Shown here: piece after piece, positions 51,107 through 60,475 of the stretch | Layout of the letters: every line of letters starts with the position of its first letter | Position numbering within the stretch: the first letter of the stretch is position 1 | Virus record (IMG/VR): IMGVR_UViG_3300010396_000038 | Span: 204-64,203 of that record | Source: a virus | Direction: 5' to 3' (one strand) | Length of the DNA stretch: 64,000 nt | The notes under the pieces: generated by a model | What the model was told of the DNA's origin: nothing | Seen by the model: the letters and a program-made list of their open reading frames with translations, nothing else | Databases searched by the model: none | Program-made: the position numbers and the translations under genes

Positions 51107-53092
51107 CTACGCCACGGACGGTCCGGACGTGCCGGTCATGAGCGAGCCGCCGACCAGCGAGCTCGGCCCGCGCGCGGCGCGCTGGAGGGTGTACTGGACG
51201 ACCGCCTGCGCGATCTGCCTGGCGTCGAGCTTGATGTTGACCACCCCCGGCACGATGTTGATCTGCTGGCCGCCCCCGGCCCCGTCGACGTGCATGTCGC
51301 GGGCGAGCATGGAGGCGAAGCCGGGCAGGTTCCCGGCGCCCAGCTGCCCGAGCGCGGGCGAGCCGATCTGGTTGGCCATCGCGGAGTTGAGGACGTACTC
51401 ACCGGGCGACAGCCAGCCCGGGATCGTGTCGGAGCCTACCGGCCCGCCGGCTGCGTAGTAGTGCGCCCTGACCGGGCCCCCGGTGTGGAGGAGGCCGAAC
51501 GTGGCGCTGTGCAGGAGGTTGCCGCCGAAGTGGGCGATCTTCCCCGGGATCTTGACGATCGACTCGAGGACCTTGTACACGTCCTTGCCGCCGTCCTTGA
51601 TCTTCTTCCAGAGGCGCTCGAAGAAGTGCTCCACCGTGTGCCAGGCGCCGACGACCCAGCCCGCGGCCGCCGACATAGCCGACCCGATCGCGCGGCCGGC
51701 GGCGAAGACGGCGTTCTTGACCGTGCTGAAGTGCGTGACGAGCATCAGGACGCCGATCGAGAGCGCCGTGATGATGGCCATGCCGGGGATCGCGTCGAGG
51801 GCCGCGGCGAACAGGCCCGCGGACACGGCGGCCTCGTCCTCCGCCACCGAGAGGCCCAGCTCTGCCGCCGCGATCCCTCTGATGCTGTCGGCCGTGTAGA
51901 CCCCGGTCGCCGCCAGCTGCTTCATCCGGATGTCGAGCGCCTCCTGCTCAGCGGCCGTGAGGCCCGTGGTCTTCCCGAAGACGCTCATGACCGCGTCGCC
52001 GACCTTGGTCGAGACGGTGAAGACCTTCATCGCGATCTCGCCCAGCTTGAGGCTGCGGGCGAACATCCTGGCGCCTCCGACCGCCAGCCGCGCGAACGCG
52101 ACCGAGCCCAGGAACGTGACCGCGGCCGCGAGGGCGAGCACCACGGACTTGTGCTTCCCCATCTCCCCGAGGACCGCCGACAGCGCCTGGAGACCGACCT
52201 TGACGATCGGGAGGACCTTCTCGCCTACCTGGCCGAGGGTCTCCTCGAGGGTGTTCTTGAGATTCGTCAGCTGGCCCTGGATGCTCTTGTTGTACGCCGC
52301 GTCCGCCTGACCGAACTTCTGGCGGACGGCGGTGAGGACCTTCTGCGACGTGGCGAGCTTGTCGGCGGTCTGCGCGGCCTCCAGCTGGGCAGGGGTGATC
52401 GCGTTCATGATCTCCTGCTGCTGGAGCCAGGCCGACCGGTGGTTGGCCATGACGTACTTCGACTGCTCCTCGAGCGTGAGGTTGAGCTCCTTGTGGGCCT
52501 GCTCGAGTTGGAAGACGTGCGTCTTGACCGGCTCGATGATGCCGGTGTACTGCTGGAGGCGCTTGACGTTGCCGATCAGCGCCTGCTGGACGTACCGCTG
52601 GACGCTCGCGAAGTTCAGGTGGGCACCGCGGCTGAGCTCGACCGCCGCCTGGTTGGCGTTGATCGCGGCGTCCGCGTTCTTCGTCACCCTGACGAAGTTC
52701 GCGATGGAGTTGATCTCCTGGTCTCGGGCGAACCCGCCGTGCTCGGTCGACTGGACCGCCGCGTCCTCGACCTTCTTGTACGCGGCCTCGCCCGTCAGGC
52801 CGACCTGGTCCATCGCGGACTTGAGCTGCATCTGCTGCTCCTGCAGCCGCATGCCGGACTCGACCAGGTCCTTGACGCCGATCGCCGCCCCGGTGAGCCC
52901 GACGGCAGCCCCCAGGCCCTTGAGGCCCTTGGTGAACATGCCGATGCCGCCCATGGCGCTCGACTTGGTCTCGTCGTCGGTCCGCTTGACCTGCTTACCG
53001 AACTTGTTCGTCTCGGCGGACAGCTCTCGAAGCTGGGCGCGGGCGACCCTCGCCCCGTCGATGATCACCTCGAGCTTCAGCTTCTCGGCCAT
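51107..53092 (-). CDS. tape measure protein (661 aa)
   Basis: Long alpha-helical Ala/Gln-rich protein with internal TM-like segments, directly after the G/GT pair. Confidence 0.75.
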   Translation of the reverse strand: MAEKLKLEVIIDGARVARAQLRELSAETNKFGKQVKRTDDETKSSAMGGIGMFTKGLKGLGAAVGLTGAAIGVKDLVESGMRLQEQQMQLKSAMDQVGLTGEAAYKKVEDAAVQSTEHGGFARDQEINSIANFVRVTKNADAAINANQAAVELSRGAHLNFASVQRYVQQALIGNVKRLQQYTGIIEPVKTHVFQLEQAHKELNLTLEEQSKYVMANHRSAWLQQQEIMNAITPAQLEAAQTADKLATSQKVLTAVRQKFGQADAAYNKSIQGQLTNLKNTLEETLGQVGEKVLPIVKVGLQALSAVLGEMGKHKSVVLALAAAVTFLGSVAFARLAVGGARMFARSLKLGEIAMKVFTVSTKVGDAVMSVFGKTTGLTAAEQEALDIRMKQLAATGVYTADSIRGIAAAELGLSVAEDEAAVSAGLFAAALDAIPGMAIITALSIGVLMLVTHFSTVKNAVFAAGRAIGSAMSAAAGWVVGAWHTVEHFFERLWKKIKDGGKDVYKVLESIVKIPGKIAHFGGNLLHSATFGLLHTGGPVRAHYYAAGGPVGSDTIPGWLSPGEYVLNSAMANQIGSPALGQLGAGNLPGFASMLARDMHVDGAGGGQQINIVPGVVNIKLDARQIAQAVVQYTLQRAARGPSSLVGGSLMTGTSGPSVA

Positions 53093-53096
53093 CCGG

Positions 53097-53761
53097 TCAC
53101 CTCCTGGCCATCTCGGCCCTCGCGTCGATGACCTTCTCGGTCACCGTGGAGACGAACAGCAGGAAGTCCTGGTCGTCCGTCTCGAACAGCTCGCGGAGGG
53201 TCACGCCCGTGACCCCCGCCAGCGACATCGCTGCTGCCAGCTCGGCTAGGCCGAGTCCGAGCTGGCCTCTGATTCCCCCTGGAGGGTCTTGTCCAGCCGG
53301 TCGTTGATCTGCCTCGACCGGGCGTCGTACGCGGCGTAGTGGAGCACCACGTCGGTCGCGTCCGGGACGATGGACAGCAGCGCGAGCCTGCCGCCGCTCC
53401 CCTCGGGGAGCTCGTCCTGCCCGACCCCGAACAGCTCGCGCGCAGCGTCGGCGCTGTAGCCGTGCCCGGTGGGGATCAGGGTGTCCTCCTTGCCGTCCCA
53501 GTCCTCCGGGACGCCGTACAGGCCCAGGCACGCGTTGACGAGGCTGTCGGCCGCGACCGCGATCTCGCTCTCCGGCTGGTCCGGGTTGTCGGCCTGCTTC
53601 ATGCCGATGCGCCGGATGGTCCGGTAGTCGAGCGCGCGGTACTTCGCCACGATGAGCCCCTCGTACCCCGGCACGGGCATGAAGAACGGCTCCTTGGCCA
53701 GGAGCGCGCCCCGCCTGTTGGCGAGGCGCCCCTTGAGGGTTGCGTTGTTGGTTCCGTCCAA
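53097..53761 (-). CDS. tail assembly chaperone GT-like product made by a putative -1 programmed frameshift near 53273..53279 (CAG GGG GAA)
   Basis: Conserved G/GT overlapping-ORF arrangement. G5A2 run 25 nt before the G stop. The -1 frame continues as a coding-looking ..LAELAAAMSLAGVTGVTLRELFETDD.. to a stop at 53097. Confidence 0.4.
53246..53761 (-). CDS. tail assembly chaperone (G-like)
   Basis: Upstream of the tape measure gene; overlapped by a second ORF (53097..53531) in the -1 frame. Confidence 0.55.
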   Translation of the reverse strand: MDGTNNATLKGRLANRRGALLAKEPFFMPVPGYEGLIVAKYRALDYRTIRRIGMKQADNPDQPESEIAVAADSLVNACLGLYGVPEDWDGKEDTLIPTGHGYSADAARELFGVGQDELPEGSGGRLALLSIVPDATDVVLHYAAYDARSRQINDRLDKTLQGESEASSDSA

Positions 53762-53790
53762 GTTACTTCCTCCTTGATCGTCCCGTCAGG

Positions 53791-55305
53791 CTAGGAGCCG
53801 GTGTTCTGCGACACGGTGGTCGTGGAGCTGGCCGGCACGGCCTGCGTGATCGGGACGCTGTTGATGACGATCTGGACCAGCTGCGCGAACGGCGACATGC
53901 GCACGTTCAGGATCGCGTTGAGCTGCCCCAGCTGCTCCGTCGCCGGGTTGTTGACCCCGACGCCCGTGTTGATCGAGTAGGCGGTCCCGTTCCCCGCGTT
54001 CCCGTACAGCGCGCCCACGGACCAGAACCCGTTGAGCATGTTGTCGAGGGCGCTCGCGAAGCTCACGATGTCCGACCCCTGGCCGTCCAGCTGGCTGAAC
54101 AGGTAGGGCTCCGCGACGATCTGGGCCGCGGCGGTGATGGCCATCCGCAGGCGGCAGTGGTTGAACTGCCAGTAGATGGCGTCGGAAGTGGGCAGGATCG
54201 AGGTGACGAACCCGAAGTTCTCGAAGTTCCCGAAGCGGGTCGCGAACGTGTTGATGCCGGCGCTGTTGAGCGTCGACACGTCGGTCGGGCTGTACGTCTC
54301 GGTGATGCCGGAGACCAGCGTGAAGGACCCGCTGCAGTACTGCAGGGGGTACGAGGCGCCGGCCGCGGCCTGGTTCGGGTTGCCGGTCGAGTCGACCCTC
54401 GCGCAGAGCGCCGCGATCACGGGGCTCGGCGGGATGGACCGGGTCGTGCCGGGGACCGTGCCGGGGGCGGACAGGTTGCCGGCCCAGAAGCCGATCGGGC
54501 CCGCGCCGGGCGAGTTGTAGGTCGAGCCGATGTCGCCGACCGCCGTGGCGGCGGAGATGCCGTCGTCCATGTCGCAGATGCCGACCCTGTTGGTCGCGGT
54601 GGCCGCGGCGCCGATGGCGGACCAGATGCCGGCCATCGTGGTGTTCGTGACGCCCGGCGCCCAGATCTGGCCCGGGCCGAGCGACGGCGGGAACGAGTTC
54701 AGCGCGGTCTGCCAGTTGGCGATCGTGGCGTGCGTCCTGTCGTCCGTGCCGCCCGACATGGACGCCGCGGACGCCGTCTTGGGCAGCGTCGCGTACGCCC
54801 CGAGCGGGTAGATGTTGACGTACGGGATGCTCGCCGCCCAGGCCTGGGCCGCGGCCTTCGAGGCCAGCGACGGGCTCGTCGCGAGCTGGTTCCCGAAGGT
54901 GTCGGTCAGGGAGATCGTGTAGGCGGCGCCCGTGTTGGTCACGGACACCTGGATGGCGTTGCCGTAGTTGCCGACGTACTCGGCGTTGACCAGCAGCGAC
55001 GCGCTGGAGTTGGCGTCCTGCAGGACGATCGACGCGGCGGACGCGGCGGGCCCTACGACGCGGGTGAAGTAGGCCGTCTGGCCGCCCTCGCGGAAGTACA
55101 CGTCGAGCGCGTCGTAGACCGTCGTGTTCGTGCCCGAGCGGGGGCCGACGGCCGCCGCGGCGCCGGCGAGGGACTGGATCGTGACCGGGGTCCCGGAGGG
55201 CCCCCAGTCGGACAGGCCGACGACGAACGAGTTCGCGGTGTTGTAGGGGTTGAGGGTGGCGGCTGGGGTCTCCGAGGAGGAGACGATAGTCCCAATCTGG
55301 CTCAT
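53791..55305 (-). CDS. major tail protein candidate (504 aa; could be sheath-like)
   Basis: Strong RBS AGGAGGA; sits immediately upstream of the chaperone genes. Confidence 0.45.
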   Translation of the reverse strand: MSQIGTIVSSSETPAATLNPYNTANSFVVGLSDWGPSGTPVTIQSLAGAAAAVGPRSGTNTTVYDALDVYFREGGQTAYFTRVVGPAASAASIVLQDANSSASLLVNAEYVGNYGNAIQVSVTNTGAAYTISLTDTFGNQLATSPSLASKAAAQAWAASIPYVNIYPLGAYATLPKTASAASMSGGTDDRTHATIANWQTALNSFPPSLGPGQIWAPGVTNTTMAGIWSAIGAAATATNRVGICDMDDGISAATAVGDIGSTYNSPGAGPIGFWAGNLSAPGTVPGTTRSIPPSPVIAALCARVDSTGNPNQAAAGASYPLQYCSGSFTLVSGITETYSPTDVSTLNSAGINTFATRFGNFENFGFVTSILPTSDAIYWQFNHCRLRMAITAAAQIVAEPYLFSQLDGQGSDIVSFASALDNMLNGFWSVGALYGNAGNGTAYSINTGVGVNNPATEQLGQLNAILNVRMSPFAQLVQIVINSVPITQAVPASSTTTVSQNTGS

Positions 55306-55377
55306 TTCAGCGTCCTCCTAGAGACGGTTACCAGGGGCTTGGCGGGATGGGGGCCATGAGCCCCGGTGGGGGTGATG

Positions 55378-55677
55378 CTAGGTGGTCCTCAGGGCGCTGG
55401 GGGCCACGACGATCGGGATGTCGAACGTCGCGGCCTCGACCGCGCCGCCGCCCTGCCAGCAGTAGAGCCACTGGCCGGGCGTGTCGAGGATGAGGTCGAG
55501 GGTGTAGGTTCCGGTGAGGACGCGCTTGACCTGGTCGGCCGCGAGCGTGTACTGGGTCGCGGCGAACTGCCCGGGCGCCTTCACGAACACGGTCACGGTG
55601 GTGGGGTCCGCGGCGGCGCCGGCCGAGCCCGTGAACTCGCCGGTCAGCCGGACCTCGGTCCCGAGCGGGTAGGCCAT
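55378..55677 (-). CDS. hypothetical structural protein (99 aa)
   Basis: High GC3; TAGATG junction with the upstream gene. Confidence 0.4.
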   Translation of the reverse strand: MAYPLGTEVRLTGEFTGSAGAAADPTTVTVFVKAPGQFAATQYTLAADQVKRVLTGTYTLDLILDTPGQWLYCWQGGGAVEAATFDIPIVVAPSALRTT

Positions 55678-57243
55678 CTAGAGGACCACCCAGTTCCAGG
55701 ACGGCGCGGCAGAGTAGGTCAGCGTGATCGTCTTGCCGGAGGGCACGACCACGGTGCCCGACGTGACGCCCGTGGCGGTCCCGTCGACGGCGACCGCGGT
55801 CACGGTGCCCCCGCTGACGGTCACGGCGCAGTCGCGCCAGAACGGGTTGGTCAGCGCCACGGTGGTGGCGGGGACGGACGGGGCGGCGACGTGCCCACGC
55901 TCCTGGTAGAAGGCGGTGACCCGCGCGTTCCCGGCGCCGTTGACGAGCGGCACGCCGCCCGTGTTGTTGATGTTCCCGACCCAGATCACGCCGCTGAGGT
56001 AGTTGTCGGGGTCGTTGATGTCCCAGGTGCCGGTGACCTCGGTGTCCATGTGGGCGACGGTGAAGGGGAACGTCGGCACCGTCGACGAGGACTCCAGGAT
56101 CGAGGCGTCGATCGCCGAGATGCACGCCTCCGCCGACAGGTACTCGATGTGCGCGCCGTGCGTCAGGGAGTTGGAGCCCAGCTGCGGCGCGGGCATGACA
56201 CCGGACTTGCAGTAGATCATCCGTAGCGACTTCGCGTTGAAGTGGTCGGGGGCGGAGACGCCCACCGGCCACGCGTAGATCGTGAGGGTCCCGACCTCCT
56301 GGTAGTCGTTGTTGTTGATCCCGGGCATGTAGACGCCGACGCCCTGGCCGTTGAGGCCGCCCGTCTGGGAGTCCTGGTTGGCGGGCACGTCGAAGGTGTA
56401 GAGCCCGACGCCGTCCAGGCTGGCGCAGGCCACGCAGCGGAGGTCGAAGCCGTTCTGGCTCGGGTTGGTCGCGGTCACCAGCGACATGTTCCTCACCGCG
56501 AGGTGCATGTTCGACCAGACGTTGTTGCTCTGGTGCCAGCCGGCCGGGTACCCGAAGGTGCCGAAGGCGGTGGTGTTCGGCCCGGCGATCACCGACGGGA
56601 AGCCGTAGCTGGAGTCGTTGGCCTGCGCGTAGAGTGTGGAGAACAGGCACGCCCCGGGGAGGTGGGGGGTCGTCTGGGCCCAGTGCGTGGGCGCGGCGCA
56701 GTCGGACGGGCCCGAGATCTCCAGCACGAACTTGTCGTTCGGCACCGGCGCGACGATCGGCAGCGGGATCTGGGCGTTGCCGTAGTACATGACGTGTTCC
56801 TTGGTGGTCGCCCCCGCGATCATGTAGATGCCCTCGCTGAGGGCCACCCTGCCGGCGCTGAGGCCGGCCGCCTGGGCGGACTGCACGACGTTCGCGACGG
56901 CGGCCTTGACCGCCGCGGTGTCGTCGGTCCCGTAGACGGCGTTCGCGCTCGCGGTCGCGTTGATGGTGGCCCCGTCCCGGGCAGTGATCGCGACGTGGTG
57001 AGCGTCGGTGAACGTGACGATGTTTGCGAACACGGTCGTCGGGGAGCCGTTGAGCGTGTTCCCGGCGTTGATCGCGACGACCTTGCCGACGTCGCCGGCG
57101 GTGAAGGTGGTCAGCGCGGAGGACAGCACCGGGCCGGCCGTGATCGTCGCGTCGGTGATGAGCTTACCGTCGCGCTTGGCGCCGTGGGCCTCGGGCGTGT
57201 CGACGACGGCCAGGCCGCCCTGCTGAAGGATCTCGGGGCTCAT
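55678..57243 (-). CDS. pectate-lyase-fold (beta-helix) tailspike/depolymerase-like protein, paralog 3
   Basis: N-terminal DTPEAHGAKRDGKLITDATI..GTDDTAAVKAAV fits the Pectate_lyase_3 motif. Conserved C-terminus APSVPATTVALTNPFWRD..PSWNWVVL. The real start is the ATGA-overlap ATG at 57243, not the 952-aa ORF. Confidence 0.6.
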   Translation of the reverse strand: MSPEILQQGGLAVVDTPEAHGAKRDGKLITDATITAGPVLSSALTTFTAGDVGKVVAINAGNTLNGSPTTVFANIVTFTDAHHVAITARDGATINATASANAVYGTDDTAAVKAAVANVVQSAQAAGLSAGRVALSEGIYMIAGATTKEHVMYYGNAQIPLPIVAPVPNDKFVLEISGPSDCAAPTHWAQTTPHLPGACLFSTLYAQANDSSYGFPSVIAGPNTTAFGTFGYPAGWHQSNNVWSNMHLAVRNMSLVTATNPSQNGFDLRCVACASLDGVGLYTFDVPANQDSQTGGLNGQGVGVYMPGINNNDYQEVGTLTIYAWPVGVSAPDHFNAKSLRMIYCKSGVMPAPQLGSNSLTHGAHIEYLSAEACISAIDASILESSSTVPTFPFTVAHMDTEVTGTWDINDPDNYLSGVIWVGNINNTGGVPLVNGAGNARVTAFYQERGHVAAPSVPATTVALTNPFWRDCAVTVSGGTVTAVAVDGTATGVTSGTVVVPSGKTITLTYSAAPSWNWVVL

Positions 57244-58574
57244 AGCAGAATCCAGCTCCAGCTCGGAGTTTCGATGTATGTCAGCGTGATCGCCTTCCCG
57301 GACGGCACGACGTAGGTGCCGGGCACCACCGACATGCTCTCGCCGTCGACCTGGACGCCGGTCAGCCCGGAGCCGCCTACCGTAACGGCCGCATCCCGCC
57401 AGAACGGGTTGGTGAGGGCCGCGGTCGTCGCCGGGACGGCCGGGGCGGCGACCGCGCCGGGCGCCTGGGCCCCGTTGGCCCACTTGGCGCGCGCGGAGCC
57501 GTTGACGATCGGGGGCAGCCCGGGTCCAGTCTTGCCGTCGGACGCCGCGCCCGCGCCCGAGCCGTTGTTGCGGCGCACGCCCAGGCAGCCGCCGGTCAGG
57601 TAGTTGTTGGCGTCGTTGACGTGGTACCGGGTCGATGCTCCGGAGCCCGTGCCATCCTCGATGTCCCAGGTGCCGATGTCGAGCTGGCACATCTCGGACC
57701 CTGACACGACAGTCCCCGCCGTGGACAGGTGGTCCTGGCAGGCCTCGGTGGACAGGTAGTCGATGCGGGCCACGTCGAACTGGCCTCCCTGGAACCAGAC
57801 GCCCGACCCGCAGTAGACGATCCCCGCGCGGCTGACGTGCGTGTGCTCGCCCGGGATCAGGCCGTTGGCGTACCCCTCGATCGACAGCGTGCCGACCTCG
57901 CAGTTGTCGTTGTTGCCGACCTGCGGCATGCGCAGGGCGACGCCGCCGGCGCTGGGGAAGGTGGTGAAGCTGCCCGGGACGATGTTGCCGCTGAAGGCCA
58001 TCGACGGGATGTTGCACTCGGCGATGCACTGCAGGTCCACGCCGACGTGGAGCGGATCGGTGTAGTTGCTCACCACCGACAGCCCGTCGATGACGACGAG
58101 CATGTTGGAGAACCCACCGTCGGTGCTGCCGAGCTGCTGTACCGTCGGGCCGCCGATGACCGACGCGGCCCCCAGGCCGGAGTCGAAGGAGGCGTTGAGG
58201 TTGGTGAGGATCGTCGCCCCGGCCTTCTGCACGCTGGTCTGCTGCCAGTGGGGGAACGGGGCGGCCGCGGAGGGGCAGCGCAGCACCAGCACGAACTTCT
58301 GCGCGGTGGAGGCGACCTGCGGGAGGGGGATCTGCGCGCGCCCGAGCTGGCTGGTGTCGAGCGCGCCGCTGACGAAATAGACGCCGGCGCTGAGCCACAC
58401 CTCGGCGTAGTTGGTGCCGTTGGCCTGCGCGACCGAGACGGCGTTGGAGATCGCGGCCTTGATCGCCGCGGTGTCGTCCGTGGTCCCGTCGCGCTTGGCC
58501 CCGTGGTTCTCGGGGAGGTCGACGGTGCACGGCCACGCGTCGGCCAGCTCGGCGGTCGCGATGTTGAGCGTCAT
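57240..58574 (-). CDS. pectate-lyase-fold tailspike/depolymerase-like protein, paralog 2
   Basis: VDLPENHGAKRDGTTDDTAAIKAAI, and the same conserved C-terminal domain (APAVPATTAALTNPFWRD..PSWSWILL). Confidence 0.6.
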   Translation of the reverse strand: MTLNIATAELADAWPCTVDLPENHGAKRDGTTDDTAAIKAAISNAVSVAQANGTNYAEVWLSAGVYFVSGALDTSQLGRAQIPLPQVASTAQKFVLVLRCPSAAAPFPHWQQTSVQKAGATILTNLNASFDSGLGAASVIGGPTVQQLGSTDGGFSNMLVVIDGLSVVSNYTDPLHVGVDLQCIAECNIPSMAFSGNIVPGSFTTFPSAGGVALRMPQVGNNDNCEVGTLSIEGYANGLIPGEHTHVSRAGIVYCGSGVWFQGGQFDVARIDYLSTEACQDHLSTAGTVVSGSEMCQLDIGTWDIEDGTGSGASTRYHVNDANNYLTGGCLGVRRNNGSGAGAASDGKTGPGLPPIVNGSARAKWANGAQAPGAVAAPAVPATTAALTNPFWRDAAVTVGGSGLTGVQVDGESMSVVPGTYVVPSGKAITLTYIETPSWSWILL

Positions 58575-60475
58575 AGTATCACCCACTCCCAGGTCAGGGT
58601 TCCAGTATAGGTGACCGTCACGCTCTTACCCGTCGGCACCGCGAACGGCTGCCCCGGCGGCCACGCGCCCCCGTCGACCGAGACGGCTGTCACAGACCCG
58701 CCGGTGACGGCGACGAAGGCGTCGCGGTAGACGGGCGCCGAGGGCGAGCCGGACGCGGGGACCGACGGGGGCGAGGCCATCGCCCCCGGGCCGTACGCGC
58801 TGTCGAAGATCTTCAGGTACTTACAGCCGATGATGTGCGCCGAGTCGATCGGTGTGGCGCCGGCGCGGTGGACGAACACCTGGCCGGTCAGCGTGTTCGA
58901 GACGTCGGTGATGAGGGCGTGACCGGTGTTCTCCTCGTCGAGCATGTTGACGTTGATGCAGCCGCCGTCGTCGCTGTAGAGGCAGTTGTAGCAGGCCTCG
59001 ACGCTCGCGTAGTTGACGACCGCCCCGTGGTTCAGGGGCTGGAACTGGGAGACGACGATCCCGTCGGCGCAGTAGATGGCGCGGATGCTGTTCGCGACCG
59101 TGTGCTCGCCCAGCACCACGCCGAGGCACACCGACTCGCACGAGTACTGGCCGATCTCGTTGTGGTCGTTGTTGTTGTTGCCCGGCATCTGGAGCCCGAA
59201 CGACCACGAGCTGCTCTGGTAGCCGCCGCCAGCCGACTCGAGACTCGGGACCGTGAAGCACATCACCCCGAGGCTCTTGACGTTGGCCTCCGCGACGCCG
59301 ATCAGGTCGACCCCGGCGACCGCCGGGTCGCGCGGGAGCATGACCCCCAGGCCGTCGATCACGACCATCATGTTCGACCACAGGTTCGCGTTCGCCGGGC
59401 CGTACCCACCGAACACGTTGGGGCCGCCGACCACGCACTCGGCGCCCGCCGAGTTCGTCCCCGAGTTGTAGGTCGAGCACAGGAACGCGCCGGCCGCCTG
59501 CGGGCTGGTCTGCTGCCAGTGCGGCAGGGCGGAGCCCTCCGACACGCCCCTCAGCACGCACACCATCTTCATCGGGCCCACCGCGTGGACGGGCAGCGTG
59601 ACCTGCGCGTTCCCGCTCCGGCCCGTTGACGGGGCGCCGGAGACCATGTAGATGCCCCTCGAGAACCACACCTCGTAGTAGTAGGACCCGTTCGCGACCG
59701 CGGCCGCGTCGGCCGAGTCGATCGCCGCCTGGATCGCGGCCGTGTCGTCGGTCCCGTACACCGCGAACGTCGACGCGAAGTCCGCAGTCGTGCTGGCCAG
59801 GACGACGTTGTGCGAGTCCGTGACCGACGAGACGGTCGTGATCAGCGTGGTGCCGGTCGACGGGTTGCAGACCATGACGTGCTTGCCCACGTCCCCCGAC
59901 ACGAACGCGGCGGTCGAGCACGTGAGCGTGTTCGACGAGTGCGTGATCGTCACCCCCGTCAGCACCGTGCCGTCGCGCTTCGCGCCGTGGTTCTCGGGCA
60001 GGTCGACCGCGTACGGCATCGCCGCCGCGAGCTGCGCGGTCGTCGGGGCGCCGCCGGCCGCGGCCCGGTTCTCCCACTTGCTCGCGGCCGTCACGTACGT
60101 GAGGACCTGCCCGTCGGACGGGCTCGTCTCCGAGACGTCCGTCAGGCCGGCCAGCGTCGTCGAGCCGCCGGTGATCTGCCCGAAGGTGGCCGCGTCGGTG
60201 GAGGCGGTCCCCGGCGCCAGGCCGGTGATCTTGTGGCCGTTCATCGGCACGTCGGCCGCGGTCGGGTTCGCGATCGCGATCGCCGACAGGTCGGAGCTGA
60301 CCGCGCCGCCGCCCTCGTAGGGCAGGGCCGTCCAGGCCGTGCCGCCGTTGCCGATCTTGAACTTCCCGGTGTCTACCTCGTAGCCGGGCTCCCCGACGGA
60401 GAGGATCGGGTTGCTGGTGGCCCACTGCGCCGCGGTGCCGCGACGGAACTGGATCGTGGCGAGCTCGGTGGTCAA
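58571..60475 (-). CDS. pectate-lyase-fold tailspike/depolymerase-like protein, paralog 1, with HylP-type N-terminal virion-attachment domain
   Basis: N-terminal IQFRRGTAAQWATSNPILSVGEPGYEVDTGKFKIGNGGTAWTALPY resembles phage hyaluronidase HylP LRVQFKRMKAAEWARSDVILLESEIGFETDTGFARAGDG. Then VDLPENHGAKRDG..DDTAAIQAAI and the shared C-terminal domain. Confidence 0.65.
   Translation of the reverse strand: MTTELATIQFRRGTAAQWATSNPILSVGEPGYEVDTGKFKIGNGGTAWTALPYEGGGAVSSDLSAIAIANPTAADVPMNGHKITGLAPGTASTDAATFGQITGGSTTLAGLTDVSETSPSDGQVLTYVTAASKWENRAAAGGAPTTAQLAAAMPYAVDLPENHGAKRDGTVLTGVTITHSSNTLTCSTAAFVSGDVGKHVMVCNPSTGTTLITTVSSVTDSHNVVLASTTADFASTFAVYGTDDTAAIQAAIDSADAAAVANGSYYYEVWFSRGIYMVSGAPSTGRSGNAQVTLPVHAVGPMKMVCVLRGVSEGSALPHWQQTSPQAAGAFLCSTYNSGTNSAGAECVVGGPNVFGGYGPANANLWSNMMVVIDGLGVMLPRDPAVAGVDLIGVAEANVKSLGVMCFTVPSLESAGGGYQSSSWSFGLQMPGNNNNDHNEIGQYSCESVCLGVVLGEHTVANSIRAIYCADGIVVSQFQPLNHGAVVNYASVEACYNCLYSDDGGCINVNMLDEENTGHALITDVSNTLTGQVFVHRAGATPIDSAHIIGCKYLKIFDSAYGPGAMASPPSVPASGSPSAPVYRDAFVAVTGGSVTAVSVDGGAWPPGQPFAVPTGKSVTVTYTGTLTWEWVIL

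Noticed and set aside
55678-58536. 952-aa reverse ORF suggesting one giant tailspike
   Set aside because: The N-terminal 430 codons are off-frame overlap with the neighbouring paralog. The coding signal and the pectate-lyase motif begin at the ATGA-overlap ATG at 57243.
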